A stretch of DNA of 64,000 nt, taken from contig OZ219856.1 of the NCBI GenBank assembly GCA_964291395.2, positions 1,856,001 to 1,920,000 on the forward strand. Reading direction: 5' to 3'. Source of the DNA: Alphaproteobacteria bacterium (GTDB lineage Bacteria; Pseudomonadota; Alphaproteobacteria; UBA2966). Every line of letters starts with the position of its first letter. Position 1 is the stretch's first letter. Below are positions 50,018-59,963 of the stretch, one piece after another. The notes under the pieces are model-generated. The model was not told where the DNA came from, made no database searches, and saw only the letters and a list, made by a program, of their open reading frames with translations. The position numbers were made by a program, and so were the translations under genes.

Positions 50018-51466
50018 ATGGAACACTTCGGCATGTACATCGACGGCGAGCGCTGCGAGGCCGCCGCCGGCGCCTGGTTCGACACGGACAACCCCTATAC
50101 CGCCGCGCCCTGGGCCAAGGTCGCCAAGGCCGACGCCGGGGACGCCGACCGGGCCGTACGGGCCGCGCACCGCGCCTTCACCGCCGGCGACTGGCCGAAG
50201 ATGAAGGCCTCGGACCGCGGCAGGCTCCTGGGCCGCCTCGGCGATCTGGTCCTGGAGAACGCCGAGGAACTCGCCCAGGCCGAAACGCGCGACAACGGCA
50301 AGGTCATCAGCGAGACCCGCAACCAGATGCGCACCATGGCCGGCTGGTATCACTACTACGCGGGCCTCGCCGACAAGATCCAGGGCGACACCATCCCCGT
50401 CGACGAGGACACGTTCCTCAACTACACGCGCTTCGAGCCGGTCGGCGTCTGCGTCGCCATCACGCCGTGGAATTCCCCGCTCAGGTTGCTGTCATGGAAG
50501 CTCGCGCCGGCGCTCGCCGCGGGCAACACCGTGGTCGTCAAGCCCTCGAGCAACACGTCGACCTCGACCCTCGTCTTCATGCGTCTCGTAGAGGAGGCGG
50601 GGTTTCCAGCCGGTGTCGTCAACGTCGTCACCGGGGGCGGCGGCGAGGTCGGCATGGCGCTGGTCGAGCACCCGCTGACCGCCAAGATCGCCTTCACCGG
50701 GAGCACCGAGGCCGGCACGCGGGTCTACGAGGCCGGCGCCCGGCACCTCAAGCGCGTGACGCTGGAGCTCGGCGGCAAATCCCCCAACATCCTGTTCGCC
50801 GACGCGGACCTCGAAAAAGCCGTCCCCGGCGTCGTCGCCGGCATCTTCGCCTCGACCGGCCAGACCTGCATCGCCGGCTCGCGCCTCCTGGTCCAGGAGA
50901 GCGTCCACGAAGAGGTTCTGAACAAGATCGTCGCCGTCGCCACGTCCCGGAAGATGGGTGATCCGACCCACGAGGGCACGCAACTCGGCCCCGTGGCCAC
51001 CGCTTCGCAGTTCGACAAGATCATGGAATACGTCGGCGTGGCCAAGGCCGACGGCGCGGAGCTCATGTGCGGCGGCAACCGGGGCACCGGGCCGGAATGC
51101 GGCGACGGGCGCTTCATCGAGGCCACCGTGTTCGACGGCGTCGACAACAAGATGCGCGTGGCGCAGGAGGAGATCTTCGGCCCCATCCTTTCGGTCATCC
51201 GCTTCAAGGACGACGACGAGGCCGTGAGCATCGCCAACGACATCGATTTCGGTCTCGCCGCCGGCATCTGGACCGAAAATCTGAGCCGCGCACACAGGGT
51301 CGCCCGCGGCGTGCAGGCCGGAACGGTGTGGGTCAACACGTACCGCCAGCAATCCCCGATGATGCCCTTCGGCGGCTACAAGAAATCGGGGCTCGGGCGC
51401 GAATCGGGCGCCGCCATGATCCGCGAGTACCTCCAGCAGAAAAGCGTCTGGGTGGGGCTGGCGTAA
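50018..51466 (+). CDS. Aldehyde dehydrogenase
   Basis: PWNSP, FTGST, LELGGKSP, GQTCIAG, EEIFGP, PFGGYKKSG. Confidence 0.95.
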   Translation: MEHFGMYIDGERCEAAAGAWFDTDNPYTAAPWAKVAKADAGDADRAVRAAHRAFTAGDWPKMKASDRGRLLGRLGDLVLENAEELAQAETRDNGKVISETRNQMRTMAGWYHYYAGLADKIQGDTIPVDEDTFLNYTRFEPVGVCVAITPWNSPLRLLSWKLAPALAAGNTVVVKPSSNTSTSTLVFMRLVEEAGFPAGVVNVVTGGGGEVGMALVEHPLTAKIAFTGSTEAGTRVYEAGARHLKRVTLELGGKSPNILFADADLEKAVPGVVAGIFASTGQTCIAGSRLLVQESVHEEVLNKIVAVATSRKMGDPTHEGTQLGPVATASQFDKIMEYVGVAKADGAELMCGGNRGTGPECGDGRFIEATVFDGVDNKMRVAQEEIFGPILSVIRFKDDDEAVSIANDIDFGLAAGIWTENLSRAHRVARGVQAGTVWVNTYRQQSPMMPFGGYKKSGLGRESGAAMIREYLQQKSVWVGLA

Positions 51467-51490
51467 CAGGCGTCTTCCCCGGAGCCTCCG

Positions 51491-52669
51491 TTGAAACGAG
51501 CCGAAGGCGCGGCCTTCGTCGCCACCCTCGGCGCCCTGCTGGCGATGACGGCGGCCTCGAACGACATCATGGTGCCGGCCCAACCGCCGATCGCCCGCGC
51601 GTTCGGCATGCCGGAGGCGGCCGGCGCCACCATGGTCGGCATGTTCTCCGTGGGCTTCGGATTCGGGCTGGCGGTCTGGGGACCGCTGTCCGACCGCTTC
51701 GGCCGCCTGCCGCCGCTGTACGCGGCGGCGGCGGGCTACGTCCTGGCCGGCGCGGTTTGCGCCCTGACCGACTCGTTCGGCGTCCTGCTGGCCGGCCGGT
51801 TCGTGCAGGGCTTCATGGGAGGCGTCGGACCGACCCTCGCCCGCGCCATCTCGCGCGACCTCGGCGGCGGCGCCCGGACCGCGCAGGCCCTGTCGGCGGC
51901 GACGGTCGTGCAGGGGGCGGCACCCGTGTTCGCTCCCCTCCTGGCGTCGGGCCTGCTCGTCGCCGCCGATTGGCGCTGGGTCTTCTGGGCCCTCGTCGTC
52001 TTCGGACTCGCGGTGATTCTTTCCGTCATGCTCTTCGTGCCCGAGACGCTTCCGCCGGAGAAGCGGGAAGCCCCGTCGATCAGGCAGATGGGCCGGGAAA
52101 CCCGCCTGCTGATGGTGACGCCGGGCTTCCTCTACGGCACGGCCATGGTCATGACCGTGTTCTTCGGCTACATGGCGCTGCTCGGCATGGGCGCCGCCGT
52201 GACGGAGAGCGTCTACGGCCTGCCCCCCGAGTGGTTCGGCCCCCTGTTCGCCGTCAATTCCGCCGCCTACGTCCTGGGCGCCCTCGCCGCCAATCGCCTG
52301 GCCGGCCGGTTCGGGGTCTCCACGATCATCAGGGCGGGAGCCCTCACGGCGGGCGCTTCGGGCGTCTTCCTGCTGGCGCTGTCGGCGGTCGCGCCGCCGC
52401 TCATCGTGCTGTGGACCGGCGTCGTCATCTACGTCTTCGCCTTCGGCACCCTGCTGGCGCTGTGCGCCGCCCGGGGGCTGGAGCCCGCCGGCGCGGTCGC
52501 CGGCACGGCCGCGTCGATCATGGGCCTCGCCCAGACGTTGTTCAGCGCCGCGGGCGCCTTCACCGCGGCGGGCCTGTTCGACGGTTCCCACCGCTCGCTC
52601 TGCTGGGTCATGGGGGTGTCCGGCGTCATGCTGCTCGTGCTGTGGGCCAAGGGGAGGAGATATCTGTGA
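51491..52669 (+). CDS. MFS transporter, Bcr/CflA type
   Basis: GPLSDRFGR motif A, 12 TM. Confidence 0.88.
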   Translation: MKRAEGAAFVATLGALLAMTAASNDIMVPAQPPIARAFGMPEAAGATMVGMFSVGFGFGLAVWGPLSDRFGRLPPLYAAAAGYVLAGAVCALTDSFGVLLAGRFVQGFMGGVGPTLARAISRDLGGGARTAQALSAATVVQGAAPVFAPLLASGLLVAADWRWVFWALVVFGLAVILSVMLFVPETLPPEKREAPSIRQMGRETRLLMVTPGFLYGTAMVMTVFFGYMALLGMGAAVTESVYGLPPEWFGPLFAVNSAAYVLGALAANRLAGRFGVSTIIRAGALTAGASGVFLLALSAVAPPLIVLWTGVVIYVFAFGTLLALCAARGLEPAGAVAGTAASIMGLAQTLFSAAGAFTAAGLFDGSHRSLCWVMGVSGVMLLVLWAKGRRYL

Positions 52670-52698
52670 GGAGGGATCGGGGAGGCGCCGGACCCCCG

Positions 52699-53877
52699 GT
52701 GAAGCGGGCCGAAGGCGCGGCCTTCGTCGCCACCCTCGGCGCCCTGCTGGCGGTGACGGCCACCTCGGTCGACATCATGATCCCCGCCCAGCCGAGCATC
52801 GCGCGCGACTTCGCGCTGCCGGAAAGCGCGGGGGCGGCCATGGTCGGCGCCTTCTCCATCGGCTACGGCATCGGCCAGGCGATGTGGGGCCCCCTGTCCG
52901 ACCGGTACGGCCGGCTGCCGATCCTCTATGTGGCGCTCGCCGGCTTCATTCTCGCCGGAACGGTGTGCGCGGTGACGGAGGCCTTCGCGACCTTGCTCGC
53001 CGCGCGCTTTTTCCACGGCTTCATGGGCGGCGCCGGACCGACGCTTGCCCGCGCCATCTCGCGCGACCTGGGCGGAGGCGCGCGGACGGCCCGTGTGCTG
53101 TCCGCGGCGACGGTTTTCCTCGGGGGCGCGCCGTTGCTCGCGCCTCTCGGGGCGTCGGGAATCCTCGTCGTCGGCGACTGGCGCTGGATCTTCTGGACGC
53201 TCGTGATCTTCGGCGGATTGGTCGTCCTGGCGACGCTGCTGTTCGTGCCGGAGACCCATCCGCCGGAGCGGCGCAGCACGCCCTCGATCCGGCAGACGGG
53301 CCGGGAGGTGCGGCAGCTTCTCGTGACACCGGGATTTCTCTACGGCACGGGCATCGTGATGGCGGTGTTCTTCGGCTACATGGCGCTGCTGGGCATGGGA
53401 TCCGCCGTGACGGAAAGGGCCTACGGCCTGCCGCCGACCCTGTTCGGCCCCCTGTTCTCGGTCAGCGCGCTCGCCTTCATCGTCGGCGCGGCCGCGGCGG
53501 TGCGGATGGCGGGCCGCTACGGCGTCTCCGCCGTACTCCGGGCCGGTGCCGCCATCGCGCTGGCCTCGGGCGTCTTCCTGCTCGCCCTGTCGGCAACAAC
53601 CCCGGGACTGACGGTGCTCTGGATCGGCGTAGTCGCCTTCAAGCTGTCGTTCGGCACCCTGCTCGCGCTGGCCACGGCGCGGGCGCTGGAGCCCGCGGGC
53701 AAGATCGCCGGCACGGCCTCTTCGGTGCTGGGGCTGGTCCAGACCCTGCTCAGCGCTTCCGGGGCCTTCGCGGCCGCCGCGCTGTTCGACGGCTCCCACC
53801 GCTCGCTGTGCTGGACGATGGGCGCCGCCGCCGTGGCGACCTTTCTGCTGTGGTGGAAGGGGCGGAGGTATCTATAG
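52699..53877 (+). CDS. MFS transporter, Bcr/CflA type, tandem paralogue
   Basis: GTG start 52699; same length (1179 nt) and same N-terminus KRAEGAAFVATLGALLA as the previous gene. Confidence 0.88.
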   Translation: MKRAEGAAFVATLGALLAVTATSVDIMIPAQPSIARDFALPESAGAAMVGAFSIGYGIGQAMWGPLSDRYGRLPILYVALAGFILAGTVCAVTEAFATLLAARFFHGFMGGAGPTLARAISRDLGGGARTARVLSAATVFLGGAPLLAPLGASGILVVGDWRWIFWTLVIFGGLVVLATLLFVPETHPPERRSTPSIRQTGREVRQLLVTPGFLYGTGIVMAVFFGYMALLGMGSAVTERAYGLPPTLFGPLFSVSALAFIVGAAAAVRMAGRYGVSAVLRAGAAIALASGVFLLALSATTPGLTVLWIGVVAFKLSFGTLLALATARALEPAGKIAGTASSVLGLVQTLLSASGAFAAAALFDGSHRSLCWTMGAAAVATFLLWWKGRRYL

Positions 53878-53898
53878 GGCGCGGTCGGGCGCTTCTCG

Positions 53899-54166
53899 TC
53901 ACCCCGCGTCGACTTTCTCCGCGAGCCATATCTTGATGAGAGACTGATACGGGACATCACGCTTGTTGGCGGTGACCTTGATTTGCTCGAGCAATCCGAT
54001 CGGCAGGCGCAGAGAGATCGACTTGGTCGAAGGTTTGAGGTTCGGAAAGCGCACGCGTTCCGCATGCTCCCAATTCACGTGATCGCTCGAGTCGTGAGTC
54101 TCCCAGTAACTCCGTTCCTGGATTTCGTCATGAAACCTGGGAGGGCTCTTAGCGTTTCTCCGTCAT
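53899..54166 (-). pseudogene. BrnA/CopG antitoxin with a one-base frameshift just after the start (not in ORF track)
   Basis: PPRFHDEIQERSYWETHDSSDHVNW...FPNLKPSTKSISLRLP...ANKRDVPYQSLIKIWLAEKV*; ATG-to-stop length is 268 nt. Confidence 0.8.
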
Positions 54167-54231
54167 AGTACAGTCTTTCCTTCCGGTGCATATTCACGGG
54201 CCGAATGACATGACCAGTCGAACCCGACCAA
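54146..54231 (-). pseudogene. BrnT toxin remnant
   Basis: N-terminal LVGFDW joined almost directly to C-terminal VI...MHRKERLYY. Confidence 0.55.
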
Positions 54232-54280
54232 CGTGCCGTCCCCCCCCTCTTGGAGGAAGGGGGCAAGGCGGACCGCGGCG

Positions 54281-55366
54281 CTACTCCGCTTCGAGGGGCG
54301 CGGTGAGGACCTGGCCGGGGACTCGGAGGCCGCCGCGCAGCGGACTGCCGACCTCGAGCTCGCGGTAGCGGGGCCGCAGGGATTCCGGCAACGGCAGGCC
54401 ATCCGCGCAGTTGAGCCACAGCCGCAGCAAGTGGCGCTTGCGCTCGGGCTCCGGCCAATCCTCGAATTCGGTGCGGTCGTGCAGGGTCTGGTGGTTGTGG
54501 ATGAGCTGAACGTCCCCTGCCCTGAATTCCATCTTCAGATGGATGCCGGGATCGTCCGCCACCGAATCGAAGAAATCGAGCGCTTCGATCTCCCGCTCCG
54601 TCAGCGGCGGCACGTCGTCGAAACGCTGGGCCGAATCGATGTAGCGCCGGGCGTACCGGCAGTAGAGCCGTCCCGCGTGCCAGCTGAAGACCGGTACGGA
54701 GTAGTGACCCTCGCCCCCCTCGGGCGCCTCGTTGCGCCAGTCCGTGGCATAGGGCTGGAAGAGCAGCGGAAGCAGATCCGGGCGACGGCGGCGCACCTCG
54801 TTGTAGAGAGTGTCGGAGGAGACGACGGCCGATTCCCCACCCTTCCTGGCCGGATGCAGGCACATGAGGCCGACGATGTCCGCCGTATCCGAATGAAAGG
54901 TCTGACGCGCGGTCGTCTGGTAGATGCGCGACTTGGTATCGAACTCGTGGCGGCCGAGGTCCTTGACGTGCCCGAGCACGTGCCCCTTGGCGTTCTGCGG
55001 CAGCGGGATGCCGAAGTACGAGCCGATGCCGAAATAGATGATCGCCGCCTCCTCGATGGAATAGCGCTCGACCGGAATTCCGCGCAGCAGGACGAAACCG
55101 CGGCCGCGCAGCACTTCGTGACGGATCCCGTCGAAGACCGGGGAGAGCCCGGGCAGCGGGAACGCGTCGCTGTCGATGTCCAGAATGCCGAGGCCTCGGG
55201 ATTTCACCCCCTGCATGGCGGCCTCGAGCTCGGCGAGCTCTTCCTCGCCGAAGGGACGAATCCACTCGTCCTCCCGCGCGGCCATATCGGGGCCATACCA
55301 GACGGACGGTCCGGCAATCTCACGGGGCGGCATGGCGTAGTCGGTCAATTCCTGGGCTGCAGACAT
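54281..55366 (-). CDS. TauD/TfdA family 2-oxoglutarate dioxygenase
   Basis: GRGFVLLRG, FHSD, HNHQTLHDR, RHLLRLW. Confidence 0.9.
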   Translation of the reverse strand: MSAAQELTDYAMPPREIAGPSVWYGPDMAAREDEWIRPFGEEELAELEAAMQGVKSRGLGILDIDSDAFPLPGLSPVFDGIRHEVLRGRGFVLLRGIPVERYSIEEAAIIYFGIGSYFGIPLPQNAKGHVLGHVKDLGRHEFDTKSRIYQTTARQTFHSDTADIVGLMCLHPARKGGESAVVSSDTLYNEVRRRRPDLLPLLFQPYATDWRNEAPEGGEGHYSVPVFSWHAGRLYCRYARRYIDSAQRFDDVPPLTEREIEALDFFDSVADDPGIHLKMEFRAGDVQLIHNHQTLHDRTEFEDWPEPERKRHLLRLWLNCADGLPLPESLRPRYRELEVGSPLRGGLRVPGQVLTAPLEAE

Positions 55367-55452
55367 GCGCGTTCTCTCCAGGTTCGCCTTCTCTCTCGAA
55401 AGGGTTCGTCGGTATGTATCATGCCCCGCCGCGCCCTGTCGAACCGACAGGT

Positions 55453-56658
55453 TCACGCGCGTTCGACACGGGCGGCGCCCTCGTCGATCAAGGCGTCGAT
55501 CTCGTCGTCCGCGTAGCCGACCTCGCCCAGCACCTGGCGCGTCGACGAACCGTAGAGAGGGGGTGTGGCCCGGGCGGCGCCGGGCGTTCGGCTGAACTTG
55601 ATGGGCAGGCCGGTGCCCGTGTAATCGTCGATCTCCACCACCATTTCCCGGTGCGCCGTATGGGGGTGCGCCGCCATCTCGGGGATGGTCAGCACGGCGC
55701 CCGCCGGCACTCCCTTGGCCAGCAGGTGGCGCGAGACCTCCTCGGCGTCGCGGTCGGCCAGGGCCGCGGCGATCAGGGCGTTGAGCGCGGCACGGTTCTC
55801 GACGCGATCGCCGTTCCGGCGGAATCTCGGATCGTCGGCAACCTCGGGACGGCCCAGCTCTTCCCAGAGGTAGCGGAACTGCCGCTCGTTGCCGACGGCG
55901 AGGAAGAGGTTGCCCTTGCCCGTGGGGTACTGGTCGTAGGGGGAGATGTTGGGATGCGAATCCCCCGTCGGGACCGGTGTCTTGCCGCTCATGAAATAGT
56001 TGGCCGCCTGAGGATGAAGCAGCGCCACGCCGGTATCGAACAGCGACGCGTCGACGCGCTGGCCGCAACCGGAGCGCCGCCGCTCCTCGGCCGCCATGAG
56101 CACGCCGATCGCGGCGAACAGTCCGGTCGCCAGGTCGACGATGGGAATGCCGAGGCGTATCGGACCCGTCTCCGGCGTCCCGTTGACGGAGATCTGACCG
56201 GACAGCGCCTGGGCGACCGCGTCATAGCCGGGAAAGCCGCCGAACGGACCGTCGGCGCCGAATCCCGTGATCGAGCAATAGATCAGGCGGGGGAAGCGCT
56301 CCTGCAGGACGTCCTCGTAACCGATTCCCCAACGCTCCAGGCTTCCCGGCTTGAAGTTGTCGATCATCACGTCGGCATCCTCGAGCAGGCGGAACAGCAC
56401 CTCCTGCCCTTCCGATGTGCGGAGATCGAGCCCCACGGCACGCTTGTTGCGGTTCACGCCCGCAAAATAGGCGGAGAGCCCGCCCTTGAACGGTGGCCCC
56501 CAGTCCCGCACCTCGTCCCCCTGGGGCGGTTCGACCTTGATCACTTCGGCGCCGTTGTCGGCAAGGATCTGAGTGCAATAGGGCCCGCCCAGCACGCGGG
56601 TCAGATCGATCACCCTGAAGCCGGCCAGCGCTCCGCCGGCGTCCGCACCTTCGGTCAT
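55453..56658 (-). CDS. CaiB/BaiF class III CoA-transferase
   Basis: VIDLTRVLGGPYC, KVEPP.GD, NRNKR, PGYD. Confidence 0.92.
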   Translation of the reverse strand: MTEGADAGGALAGFRVIDLTRVLGGPYCTQILADNGAEVIKVEPPQGDEVRDWGPPFKGGLSAYFAGVNRNKRAVGLDLRTSEGQEVLFRLLEDADVMIDNFKPGSLERWGIGYEDVLQERFPRLIYCSITGFGADGPFGGFPGYDAVAQALSGQISVNGTPETGPIRLGIPIVDLATGLFAAIGVLMAAEERRRSGCGQRVDASLFDTGVALLHPQAANYFMSGKTPVPTGDSHPNISPYDQYPTGKGNLFLAVGNERQFRYLWEELGRPEVADDPRFRRNGDRVENRAALNALIAAALADRDAEEVSRHLLAKGVPAGAVLTIPEMAAHPHTAHREMVVEIDDYTGTGLPIKFSRTPGAARATPPLYGSSTRQVLGEVGYADDEIDALIDEGAARVERA

Positions 56659-57437
56659 GTCGAGTTTCCTTTCAGTCCAAGCATCTCGGCGGCGAATTTC
56701 GGGTAAGGATCGGCGATGGCCGCCGCGATCTCGCCACGTATGAGGGCGAGGCGCGACTCGTCGGGCACCGGCGTCTCCGGGATGGAAGCCGAAGCTTCCG
56801 GCACGTCGAAATCGAATCCCGTGTTGTCCCGCACCTCTTCCACCGTATGCCCCGGATGTACCGAGTCCAGCCGGAAACGCCGCCGCTCCCGGTCAAAGGC
56901 GAAAAGGCAGATGTCGGTGATCAACGCGTACGGGCCACCCGGACGATAGACGTTGTCCGCGCTCGTCCCCGGGGCCGAGATGAAGTCGACCCGCTCGACC
57001 ATGGTCCGCCGCGTGTGCTCGAGACGAAACAGGATCACCCGGGGCACGAGATAGTAGAGGTAGGCGGAACCGAATGAGCCGGACCAACGCACCTTCTGCC
57101 GCGGGTAGTCGCCCACGCCGACCAGGTTGATGTTGCCGGCGCCGTCGATCTGGCCGCCGCTCAGGAAAAACGCATCGATCCGGCCCTGCGCCGCGAGGTC
57201 GAAGATCTCGACCCCGCCGTCGGTGAAGTCCTGAAGGCTGCGGGAACCCAGCACCGAGACGCGCATGTCGCCGCCGGACAAGTGCCGGGCCAGCAGGGCT
57301 GCGGAACCGGGGATGGGCGAGGAGGCGCCGACGGCGACGTGGCGGGACCCTTCCAGCAGATCCGCGATACGGCCGATCAGCAACTCTTCGAGGCGGTACC
57401 GGGGAGTCACCGCCGCGTCCCGGAGGGTGCCGCTCAC
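56655..57437 (-). CDS. CoA-transferase subunit B (GctB-like)
   Basis: FLSGGQIDGAGNINL, GSFG, VERVDFISAPG. Confidence 0.85.
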   Translation of the reverse strand: MSGTLRDAAVTPRYRLEELLIGRIADLLEGSRHVAVGASSPIPGSAALLARHLSGGDMRVSVLGSRSLQDFTDGGVEIFDLAAQGRIDAFFLSGGQIDGAGNINLVGVGDYPRQKVRWSGSFGSAYLYYLVPRVILFRLEHTRRTMVERVDFISAPGTSADNVYRPGGPYALITDICLFAFDRERRRFRLDSVHPGHTVEEVRDNTGFDFDVPEASASIPETPVPDESRLALIRGEIAAAIADPYPKFAAEMLGLKGNST

Positions 57438-58261
57438 TCCGCCGCGGCTTTACGATCGAAGACGAACCTGTCGAGATACTCGGCGAAGCCGGCCTCGTCG
57501 CGCGCCATGTCGGCATATAGCGCGAGGTGTTCGTCGTCCGTGTCATAGGCGCCGGGGAGGCCGAGGGGGCGGGCCCCGTCCCGCGCCTCGGCGACGGCCG
57601 ATACGTAGATGCCGGGGATGACGCCCGGGCGCAGCGCCGCGTCGTCGACCAGACTCCCGTCGAATATCGACTCCGCGGTGGCCAAGGTCTCGCGGGCAGC
57701 GTGGGCCATCAGCATCATCTCACGCGCATCCCCGACGTAGAGGTTGCCCTGCCGGTCGGTGCGCCGCACGTGGATCAGGGCCAGGTCCGGAACGATGGCC
57801 GGCAGGCAGACGATGGGATCGTCCCCGCCAAAGGGGTTGTCGATGAGCTTCCAGTCCGTCCGATGTCTGACGAGGTCGGACCCTACCAGGCCGCGCAAGG
57901 GCATGAAGGGGAGCCCCTTTTCCCCCGCCTGCAGCCCGGCATATACGGCGGGGCACGTCGCATCGAGCAGCCGCAAGCCGCCGGCACGCACGGCGCGTCC
58001 GAAGGCCGGCGCCTGACCGAATTCGTCCAACGTGACCGCGGAGGTCTCAAGGGCATCGACGCAACCGGCGCCGACGAGCAGATCGACGGCGAGACCACCG
58101 GTCGGCACGCAGACCAGATGGAGGCCGCGCGCGCCACGGCGTATCAACGCCCGCACCAATGCCATCGGCGGGCCGCTCGCGCTCTTGACCAGCGCGATCC
58201 TGGCGCCGTCGGGGACGCGCGCCGCCAGCGCCTCGATATCGGTGATGACTTGGACGGGCAT
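57434..58261 (-). CDS. CoA-transferase subunit A (GctA-like)
   Basis: PMALVRALIRRG, AGEKGLPFMPLRGLVGSDL, PAIVPDLALIH. Confidence 0.85.
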   Translation of the reverse strand: MPVQVITDIEALAARVPDGARIALVKSASGPPMALVRALIRRGARGLHLVCVPTGGLAVDLLVGAGCVDALETSAVTLDEFGQAPAFGRAVRAGGLRLLDATCPAVYAGLQAGEKGLPFMPLRGLVGSDLVRHRTDWKLIDNPFGGDDPIVCLPAIVPDLALIHVRRTDRQGNLYVGDAREMMLMAHAARETLATAESIFDGSLVDDAALRPGVIPGIYVSAVAEARDGARPLGLPGAYDTDDEHLALYADMARDEAGFAEYLDRFVFDRKAAAE

Positions 58262-58376
58262 GTTGCGGAGTCTAGCCTAGATCGTTCCCAACGTTAACGA
58301 CGGCACCTTCGATGCCCGCGCGCCAATATGCTCACGATGAAATTCGGGCCAAGCACCCTTGCGGAGAGAGTCGGGA

Positions 58377-58985
58377 ATGAAGCTCTACTACTACGACACG
58401 CAGAATCCCTGGCGAGCCTGCGCCGTCGCCAAGTACCTGGACTTCAAAGCGGACTACGTCCACGTGGACGTGGGCAAGGGTGAGCACCGCAGCCCCGAAT
58501 TCCTCGCCGTCAACCCGAACGGCAAGGTGCCGGCGCTCGTGGACGGCGACGTGAAGATGTGGGAGTCGGTGGCGATCATGGCCTACCTGTCGGACAAGGC
58601 GGGCTCCGACCTCTGGCCCAAGGACGAACGCCAGATCGAGATCATGCGTTGGCTGGTCTGGGACGCGGCCCAGTTCACGCGCTGGGGCAGCATTCTTCAT
58701 TTCGAGAACCGCATCCGGAAGCGGTTCGACCTGGGCGACCCCGATCCCGCCACGGTCGAAGAGGCGTTGAGCAACTGGAAGCGGTTCGCCGCGGTGCTGG
58801 ACGCGCACCTCAGGGGCCGGACCTACGTCGTCGCGGACACCCTCAGCATCGCCGACTTCGCCGTCGCCTGCCTGCTCCCTCTGGCAGAGGTCTCGAAGCT
58901 ACCGCTCGATGACTATCCCGAGCTCCGGCGTTTTCACGACAACCTGATGGAGATTCCCGCCTGGCGGCGTCCGTTCCCGGAGTAG
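58377..58985 (+). CDS. Glutathione S-transferase
   Basis: NPNGKVPAL, WESVAI, SIADF. Confidence 0.92.
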   Translation: MKLYYYDTQNPWRACAVAKYLDFKADYVHVDVGKGEHRSPEFLAVNPNGKVPALVDGDVKMWESVAIMAYLSDKAGSDLWPKDERQIEIMRWLVWDAAQFTRWGSILHFENRIRKRFDLGDPDPATVEEALSNWKRFAAVLDAHLRGRTYVVADTLSIADFAVACLLPLAEVSKLPLDDYPELRRFHDNLMEIPAWRRPFPE

Positions 58986-59206
58986 CGCCGCCCTTGCAGT
59001 AACTCGACCCCAGCCCGTTGAGCAGATGCTCGAAGGTGTTGAACCACCCGCTGTACGGGTCGGTGCAAGAAATAGGCCGACATCGCGTCGAGGTAGCGGG
59101 ACGGCTCCCGGTCGCGGTTGCCCTCTGCGAGGGGAAGGCGCCGGAAGCTGCGCTCCTGCAGCCACATCGTCCGGCTCATCCAGGCCCCTCCTCACGGAGA
59201 CACCTG

Positions 59207-59257
59207 ACCGGACAACTCACGTGCTACCCAAACCGGACAGATCATGCACCAGCGACA
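59207..59257. mobile_element. Orphan IS terminal sequence, ISNCY/IS1202-like
   Basis: ACCGGACAactcacgtgctacccaaACCGGACAgatcatgcaccagcgACA: repeated CCGGACA boxes and ACA terminus; no transposase. Confidence 0.5.
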
Positions 59258-59299
59258 GGAGAAATTGCGAAACGAAGTCGTTGTGGCTATCTTGGCTAC

Positions 59300-59551
59300 A
59301 TGAGGGAAATCGCCGCCAGAGACGCCAAGAACCGCTTCGGCCATCTGCTGGATGCCGCGCAGAGTGCACCTGTGCGCGTGACCCGGAAGGGCCGCGCCGT
59401 GGGTGTGATGATGTCGGTGCAGCAGTATGAGCGGCTTCGCGGCGCAGCCTGGGAGCGCCTGACCGCGACCATGGACGCCCTAGGCGAGGAAGCTTCGGCG
59501 AAGGGCTTGACGGAGGCGAGGCTCGAAGCGCTTCTGTCGGATGAAAGCTGA
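59300..59551 (+). CDS. Phd/YefM antitoxin
   Basis: MREIAARDAKNRFGHLLDAAQSAPVRVTRKGRAVGVMMS. Confidence 0.9.
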   Translation: MREIAARDAKNRFGHLLDAAQSAPVRVTRKGRAVGVMMSVQQYERLRGAAWERLTATMDALGEEASAKGLTEARLEALLSDES

Positions 59552-59963
59552 GCGTGTCGTAGTAGACACCAACGTGCTGATCAGCGCGGCGCTTCGTCCG
59601 CACGGGCCTCCGCGGGCGGTCGTGGAGGCGGTGCGGGAGGCGCGCGGCGTGCTGTTATTCTGCGACCAGACGTTCGATGAGCTGCGAAGCCGGTTTCATC
59701 GCCCGAAGTTCGATCGTTACGTCGGTCGGCACGGCAGGGCTGTCTACCTGGCCCAGCTCGAAGCGGTCTCCGAATGGGTTTCAATCGCCGGTGCGAAGCT
59801 TGGATGCCGCGACCCCGATGACGACAAGCTGCTCGAAACTGCGCTGATGGGCGAGGCGGACTGCCTGGTCACGGGGGACCGGGACCTTCTGGAGATGTCT
59901 CCGTTTCAGGACATTCCGATAGTAACGCCGGCGGGTTTTCTGGTTGTTTGGGCAGTCCGATAA
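59541..59963 (+). CDS. PIN-family toxin (PIN_3 type)
   Basis: VVVDTNVLISA...CRDPDDDKLLETAL...LVTGDRDLL. Confidence 0.92.
   Translation: MKAERVVVDTNVLISAALRPHGPPRAVVEAVREARGVLLFCDQTFDELRSRFHRPKFDRYVGRHGRAVYLAQLEAVSEWVSIAGAKLGCRDPDDDKLLETALMGEADCLVTGDRDLLEMSPFQDIPIVTPAGFLVVWAVR

Noticed and set aside
51067-53877. 936-aa ORF suggesting a fused transporter
   Set aside because: Upstream part is an off-frame read of ALDH/MFS1; the real gene starts at 52699
53878-54300. Flanking duplication of the TauD 3' end around BrnTA
   Set aside because: Looked for by analogy with the other TA cassettes; no convincing repeat found
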